DNA of 53,723 nucleotides from Lentimonas sp. (GTDB lineage Bacteria > Pseudomonadota > Alphaproteobacteria > Rickettsiales > UBA1997), in assembly GCA_047628655.1 (NCBI GenBank), contig JBLHVR010000002.1, positions 1 to 53,723 on the forward strand, written 5' to 3'. The notes beneath the pieces are model-generated. The model saw only the letters and a list, made by a program, of their open reading frames with translations. It did not search any database and was not told the origin of the DNA. This document shows positions 49,805 to 53,723 of this stretch, piece by piece (the stretch's first letter is position 1; every line of letters begins with the position of its first letter). Made by a program: the position numbers and the translations under genes.

Positions 49805-50815
49805 ATGTCTAAAATTATAAAAACCTCCATATTTATCTTCCTTCTTTTCTCCCAAAATTCCTTTGCTCGTGACTACATCCGCATGGCTGGATCTTCAACA
49901 GTTTACCCTTTTGCCAGAAGTATTGCTGAAGAATTTGGCAATAATAGTAAATTCAGAACTCCAATTGTTGAAGCAACTGGAACTGGTGGCGGAATTAAAT
50001 TATTTTGCTCTGGAGCTGGTGAAAAATTTGTCGATTTTGCTAACGCATCCAGACAAATAAAAGAAACCGAAGTGAAAGTTTGCAACAGAAACGGCGTTAA
50101 AAATATCGTTGAAATAAAAATTGGTTATGACGGAATTGTTATTGCAAATTCTAAGGAATCTGCAGCCTTTTCTTTAACTAAAGAACATCTCTTCTTGGCT
50201 TTGGCCAATGAAATTTCTCAAAATGGTAAATTAATCAAAAACCCTAATGAGAAATGGAGCGATGTTGATAAATCATTTCCTAACAATCCAATCGTTGTTT
50301 ATGGACCTCCTCCAAGCTCAGGAACTAGAGACGCTTTTGTAGAATTAGTTTTGGAAAAAGCTTGTGTTAAAAAGCCAGCCTTTATCGCCGCTTATCCAGA
50401 CAAGAAAAATCGTAAAAAGAAATGTCACATCGTTAGAAGTGACGGAAAATTTGTTGAAGCTGGCGAGAATGATAATTTAATCATTCAAAAACTAACAAAC
50501 AACAAAGATGCTTTGGGTATTTTCGGATTTAGCTTCCTAGAGCAAAATGCTGGAATAATTCAAGGTGCCAAAATTGATGGTTCTTATCCAACCTTTGAAA
50601 ACATAGCTTCTGGTAAATATCACATTAGCCGCCCTCTATTTATTTACTTTAAAACAGAGCAGCTTCCATTTGCTAAAGGCTTAAAAGAATTCATCGCTGA
50701 AATTGTTAGTGAAAATGCAATCGGTGAAGATGGATATCTAGTTGAGAAAGGATTAATTCCACTAGAATCAGATGTAATATCTAAGATGGAAAAAGACATT
50801 TTGAGCGGTTTGTAA
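49805..50815 (+). CDS. pstS: PstS-family phosphate ABC transporter substrate-binding protein
   Basis: Signal peptide, then IRMAGSSTVYPFARSIAEEF...ATGTGGGIKLFC...GPPPSSGTRD, typical of the PstS/PBP-like-2 family. No pstCAB follows. Confidence 0.88.
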   Translation: MSKIIKTSIFIFLLFSQNSFARDYIRMAGSSTVYPFARSIAEEFGNNSKFRTPIVEATGTGGGIKLFCSGAGEKFVDFANASRQIKETEVKVCNRNGVKNIVEIKIGYDGIVIANSKESAAFSLTKEHLFLALANEISQNGKLIKNPNEKWSDVDKSFPNNPIVVYGPPPSSGTRDAFVELVLEKACVKKPAFIAAYPDKKNRKKKCHIVRSDGKFVEAGENDNLIIQKLTNNKDALGIFGFSFLEQNAGIIQGAKIDGSYPTFENIASGKYHISRPLFIYFKTEQLPFAKGLKEFIAEIVSENAIGEDGYLVEKGLIPLESDVISKMEKDILSGL

Positions 50816-50838
50816 TTAATTTTACTTACTACCCAAAA

Positions 50839-50868
50839 TTACTATGCGGCCTTAAAACCACATAGTAA
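50839..50868 (+). terminator. hairpin 24 nt after pstS (candidate terminator, no clear U-tract)
   Basis: ttactatgcgg (50839-50849) pairs with ccacatagtaa (50858-50868): 10 bp with one mismatch and an 8-nt loop. Confidence 0.4.
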
Positions 50869-50965
50869 GTTAAGTGATAATTCAGTTAACTAAACATAAC
50901 ATTACGCTATGATTTTTGTACCATTAGCAGCTATTATCTTGTTATCTTTAGTAGCATAGCACTGA

Positions 50966-50993
50966 GCTAAATCACCAAATTTGGTGATTTAGC
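50966..50993. repeat. perfect 28-nt palindrome gctaaatcaccaaatttggtgatttagc
   Basis: Checked base by base: position 50966 pairs with 50993, and so on inward to 50979/50980. Confidence 0.9.
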
Positions 50994-51038
50994 CGAACTA
51001 TTATCATTTAATTGATAAAGTTGCGATTTTAAATCGCT

Positions 51039-51070
51039 TCTGGTGGCAGAACTCAGAATCTGTCACCAGA
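51039..51070. repeat. 12-bp inverted repeat / hairpin (tctggtggcaga ... tctgtcaccaga)
   Basis: 51039-51050 pairs with 51059-51070: 11 Watson-Crick pairs plus one G-T/G-U position, with an 8-nt loop. Confidence 0.85.
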
Positions 51071-51198
51071 AATCAAAGCACCAAATCATAAATTATTTCC
51101 CCCCAAAATCGCAAGTAGTTTTATTTTGATCTTTTCTTTACGGATCATATTATTACAATTACTGCAAATTAATTTCCGCGAAACATCTTTAATCTCCA

Positions 51199-52248
51199 AT
51201 GAACTACTCATTTTTAAAACCTTTACTTTTTAGGATAGACCCAGAGAAAGCACATAATTTGGCAATTTCCGCTTTAAAACTTGGCCTGGTTCTAAACCCC
51301 AAAACTAAAGAATATTCTTCTCTGCAAAATAAAGTTCTAGGAATTAACTTCAAAAACCCCATCGGAATGGCGGCAGGTTTTGACAAAAATGCCCAAATTT
51401 TTAATAATTTATTCAGATTCGGTTTTGGTTTTGTAGAAGTTGGAACCGTAACTCCCGAGCCACAAATTGGTAATGAAAAGCCGCGAATTTTCAGACTTGA
51501 AGAAGATCAGGCAATTATTAACCGCCTGGGTTTTAATAATTTGGGAATTGAAAGATTTTTGCAGAATATTAAGAAAAGCAAGAAAAATGGCATTCTAGGA
51601 ATTAACATTGGCAAGAATAAAGACACCAAAAACGCGATTGATGATTACCTTCTATTACTTGAGAAAACCGCCAATAAAGGTAATTACATCACTATTAACA
51701 TCTCTTCACCTAATACGAAGAATTTACGAGATTTACAAAAAGCAGATGAGCTTGATGTTTTTTTAAAAACAATATTTAACAAAAAAAAGGAGCTTAAAGT
51801 CAACACTCCAATTTTACTTAAAATCGCTCCAGATTTAACAAAAGAAGAGCAAGAATCTATCGCCCAAATTGCTCTTAAAAACAAAATTGATGGTTTAATA
51901 ATTTCTAATACCACAATTTCTCGTCCAGAAAATCTACGAAGCAAATTCAAGTCTGAAACTGGTGGCCTAAGCGGAAAGCCATTATTAAAAGACTCTAATC
52001 AAGTTTTAAGCAATATTTACCAATTAACTCAAGGACAAATTCCAATAATCGCCGTTGGTGGAATTTCCTGCGCGGGAGATGTTTATGAAAAATTAAAACT
52101 CGGAGCATCTTTAGTTCAAATTTACTCAGCCTTCATTTATCAAGGATTTGATTTAGTTGAAAAAATAAAAGAAGAATTAGATGAGATGATTAGGAAAGAT
52201 GGTTTTAAGAATGTGAGAGATGTTATTGGAATAAATTTCACCAAATAA
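51199..52248 (+). CDS. pyrD: dihydroorotate dehydrogenase (quinone), class 2
   Basis: PIGMAAGFDKNA, GFGFVEVGTVTP, NRLGFNN, NISSPNT, ISNTT, GGLSG, AVGGI motifs. Length 349 aa. Confidence 0.95.
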   Translation: MNYSFLKPLLFRIDPEKAHNLAISALKLGLVLNPKTKEYSSLQNKVLGINFKNPIGMAAGFDKNAQIFNNLFRFGFGFVEVGTVTPEPQIGNEKPRIFRLEEDQAIINRLGFNNLGIERFLQNIKKSKKNGILGINIGKNKDTKNAIDDYLLLLEKTANKGNYITINISSPNTKNLRDLQKADELDVFLKTIFNKKKELKVNTPILLKIAPDLTKEEQESIAQIALKNKIDGLIISNTTISRPENLRSKFKSETGGLSGKPLLKDSNQVLSNIYQLTQGQIPIIAVGGISCAGDVYEKLKLGASLVQIYSAFIYQGFDLVEKIKEELDEMIRKDGFKNVRDVIGINFTK

Positions 52249-52267
52249 ACAAGATCTTAAGGGTATA

Positions 52268-52840
52268 GTGACGGTTAAAAAAAGGCTTCACAATATTTAC
52301 AAACCAACCCATAAAATGTCCCATGGGACACTGATAGTTTTTATCATAAAAACTGTCCGAAAAAATGTAGCCACATCACAACAAGCCCAAACCGAAAACT
52401 GGAGCAAAGAACACCTACTCTTCGCCATTAAAAGAGCCAAAAGACCAATCGACCCCAACCAAACCACAATCCTAAAACGCCCCACCGATCCAACTTTCCT
52501 TTATGAAGCTGAAATAATCGAAGTAATCGACGGCGACACCCTCCTCCTAAACATCGACCTCGGATTCGGAACCGCCCGAAAACAAAGAGTCCGCCTATCC
52601 AGCCTAAACTGCCCAGAAATCAACACCCAAAAAGGCCAAGATTCCTACCACTTCCTACGCGACAAAATGTCACAAATAACCACAATCATGATCAAAACCC
52701 GAAAAATAGACATCTACGGCCGATATCTTGGCCACATCTTCTACGACGAAACAGGAATGATGGAAAGAGGTGAGGTTTTTAATGAAGGGGTTTATTTGAA
52801 TGAGGAGATTCTGGTGGAAGATTTAGCTGAGGTGGTTTAG
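52268..52840 (+). CDS. thermonuclease (staphylococcal nuclease, SNase-fold) family protein with atypical base composition
   Basis: VIDGDTLLL, RVRLSSLNCPE (compare RLxGIDxPE) and IDIYGRYLGHIF (compare DxYGRxL) are SNase-fold motifs. GTG start in the track; ATG at 52316 is an alternative. Confidence 0.75.
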   Translation: MTVKKRLHNIYKPTHKMSHGTLIVFIIKTVRKNVATSQQAQTENWSKEHLLFAIKRAKRPIDPNQTTILKRPTDPTFLYEAEIIEVIDGDTLLLNIDLGFGTARKQRVRLSSLNCPEINTQKGQDSYHFLRDKMSQITTIMIKTRKIDIYGRYLGHIFYDETGMMERGEVFNEGVYLNEEILVEDLAEVV

Positions 52841-52955
52841 AGAGGTTTATGGTTAATAGAAAGAGCATGACCCATCTGCTTTTTTAATTTTACGAAAGTA
52901 TCGCTAAAAATAAAGAGGTCAGGCCACTTTTATATTCAGATTAAATTTTTCTTTA

Positions 52956-53723
52956 TCACGCATCTTTCAGGATTTTTATCACAAATCTTTTTGTGTATTG
53001 ATCGTATTGATACCAATCTCCATTTTCATCTTGAAAATATCCTGTCATGTGACCATTTCCTCCTGCTCCATCTCGATCAATTCTAAAAGCAATAGCATTA
53101 TTCTCCGCCGCATTCTTCCCAATCATCTGCCCTGAGAATATATTATCTGCAATTTCTTCATCACTCAACCCAACTGCGTTACCTGTAAAGATAGAAGAAT
53201 AACCTCCAATTAAGCCAGATAGTTCTATTATTTGCGCATTACTTAACCCACCAAAGTTGTTATCTAATATTTCCGCACCTAATTCTCCAGCAACCCCACT
53301 AACGGCTCCACTAGCACAATCATTTCCTCCAGCTTCTGCCATTCCACAACCCAAGATGGCATGAAGTGCCAATTGTTTTGTTTTGCCAATCTCTCCAAGT
53401 TTATAATCTGTTCCAATCTTATTGGCAGCCAAACTTCCAGCCACAGCAATAACCATATTAAACAATTGGTCTGTGAATGCTTCACTAAATGAATCGCCGT
53501 TAATAGCAGATTGTACAGCACTGCTAGATGCACTGGAAACAACAGCTCTTGCTGCAATTCCAGTGTTACTACCAGAAGAAATAGCCCCACTTAAAAGATT
53601 AGTATCAACCCAATTCGTAGCACCTAAAGTTAATGCCGCAGTTGCACCAGCAACAGCGTAACTTTCAAAAGCTTCTCTGCTAGTTGTTGCATCCCAAGTT
53701 GCTTTGTTAATGTCCTTAACTTG
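52956..53723 (-). CDS. C-terminal end of a large polymorphic toxin / filamentous-hemagglutinin (CdiA/FhaB-like) protein, with pre-toxin VENN-type motif; gene continues beyond the window
   Basis: I translated the frame upstream of the track's TTG start and it stays open to position 53723 (...QVKDINKATWDATTSREAFESYAVAGATAALTLGATNWVDTNLLSGAISS...). LALHAILGCGMAEAGGNDCASGAVSGVAGELGAE and GKNAAENN (AENN at 53108-53097) are typical of the PT-VENN region. 46 aa follow the motif. Confidence 0.8.
   Translation of the reverse strand, partial: QVKDINKATWDATTSREAFESYAVAGATAALTLGATNWVDTNLLSGAISSGSNTGIAARAVVSSASSSAVQSAINGDSFSEAFTDQLFNMVIAVAGSLAANKIGTDYKLGEIGKTKQLALHAILGCGMAEAGGNDCASGAVSGVAGELGAEILDNNFGGLSNAQIIELSGLIGGYSSIFTGNAVGLSDEEIADNIFSGQMIGKNAAENNAIAFRIDRDGAGGNGHMTGYFQDENGDWYQYDQYTKRFVIKILKDA

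Noticed and set aside
52841-52955. Search for an immunity gene downstream of the toxin tip.
   Set aside because: The longest minus-strand ORF starting here is 12 codons (MGHALSINHKPL), so no plausible immunity protein exists. This is reported as an absence in the findings.
53279-53661. ORFs 53279-53590 (minus strand) and 53422-53661 (plus strand) at the right edge.
   Set aside because: They are alternative frames of the polymorphic-toxin gene. The frame carrying the PT-VENN motifs is open to the window edge and explains the region.
1-53723. Scan for tRNA, rRNA, tmRNA, SRP RNA, RNase P RNA, CRISPR arrays, IS elements/transposases and integrases.
   Set aside because: I found no conserved hallmark strings in any intergenic region, such as a T-loop GTTCGAATC-like sequence, the SRP GGAAGCAGCC motif or the RNase P GAGGAAAGTCC motif. 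There are no spaced direct repeats and no transposase- or integrase-like ORFs. Structured RNAs cannot be fully excluded without covariance-model searches.

Overview
This window is an AT-rich (roughly one-third G+C by eye), gene-dense chromosomal segment. Gene content and protein motifs point to a streamlined alphaproteobacterium, Rickettsiales- or Pelagibacterales-like: thyX, a short alpha-type ProRS, PDH and OGDH E2 subunits, SdhE, an ELM1-family protein and an adrenodoxin-type ferredoxin. All calls rest on motifs I recognise in the supplied translations and on my own reading of the DNA. No searches were run.

About 50 protein genes are supportable, most of them housekeeping:
- Left part of the window: proB, clpP-clpX, typA, rimM-trmD, nusB, gltA, mnmA, pdhC, sdhE, tatA, thyX, uvrC, aspS.
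- Middle: coaX, ffh, proS, rpmB, prfB, holA, sucAB, coaD, rlmH, rnj.
- Right part: alaS, trmL, fdx, pyrD.

I recognised no rRNA, tRNA, CRISPR array or IS element.

The main non-housekeeping observations are:
1. Three type IV secretion (VirB-type) components sit singly among core genes. They are an orphan virB3, a VirB2/TrbC-like pilin carrying an extra cysteine-rich module, and a 1771-aa VirB6/TrbL-like giant. The giant has a ~1100-aa Cys-rich exported head and a basic disordered tail. No virB4, virB8-11 or virD4 is in view.
2. alaS is an intact ORF that lacks the first ~230-240 codons (the catalytic core), with an in-frame stop just upstream.
3. The right edge holds the 3' end of a CdiA/FhaB-type polymorphic toxin. 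It has an AENN (VENN) pre-toxin motif, only 46 residues after that motif, and no immunity ORF.
4. Convergent with the toxin is a compositionally aberrant (C-rich, G-poor) SNase-fold nuclease gene.
5. An ArsR-family regulator with a C-terminal CC-x6-C cluster lies between a phosphate-selective porin and an orphan pstS.
6. Several unusually long, hairpin-rich intergenic regions are present.
7. prfB carries the canonical +1 programmed frameshift, and tatA is a 58-codon gene absent from the ORF track.
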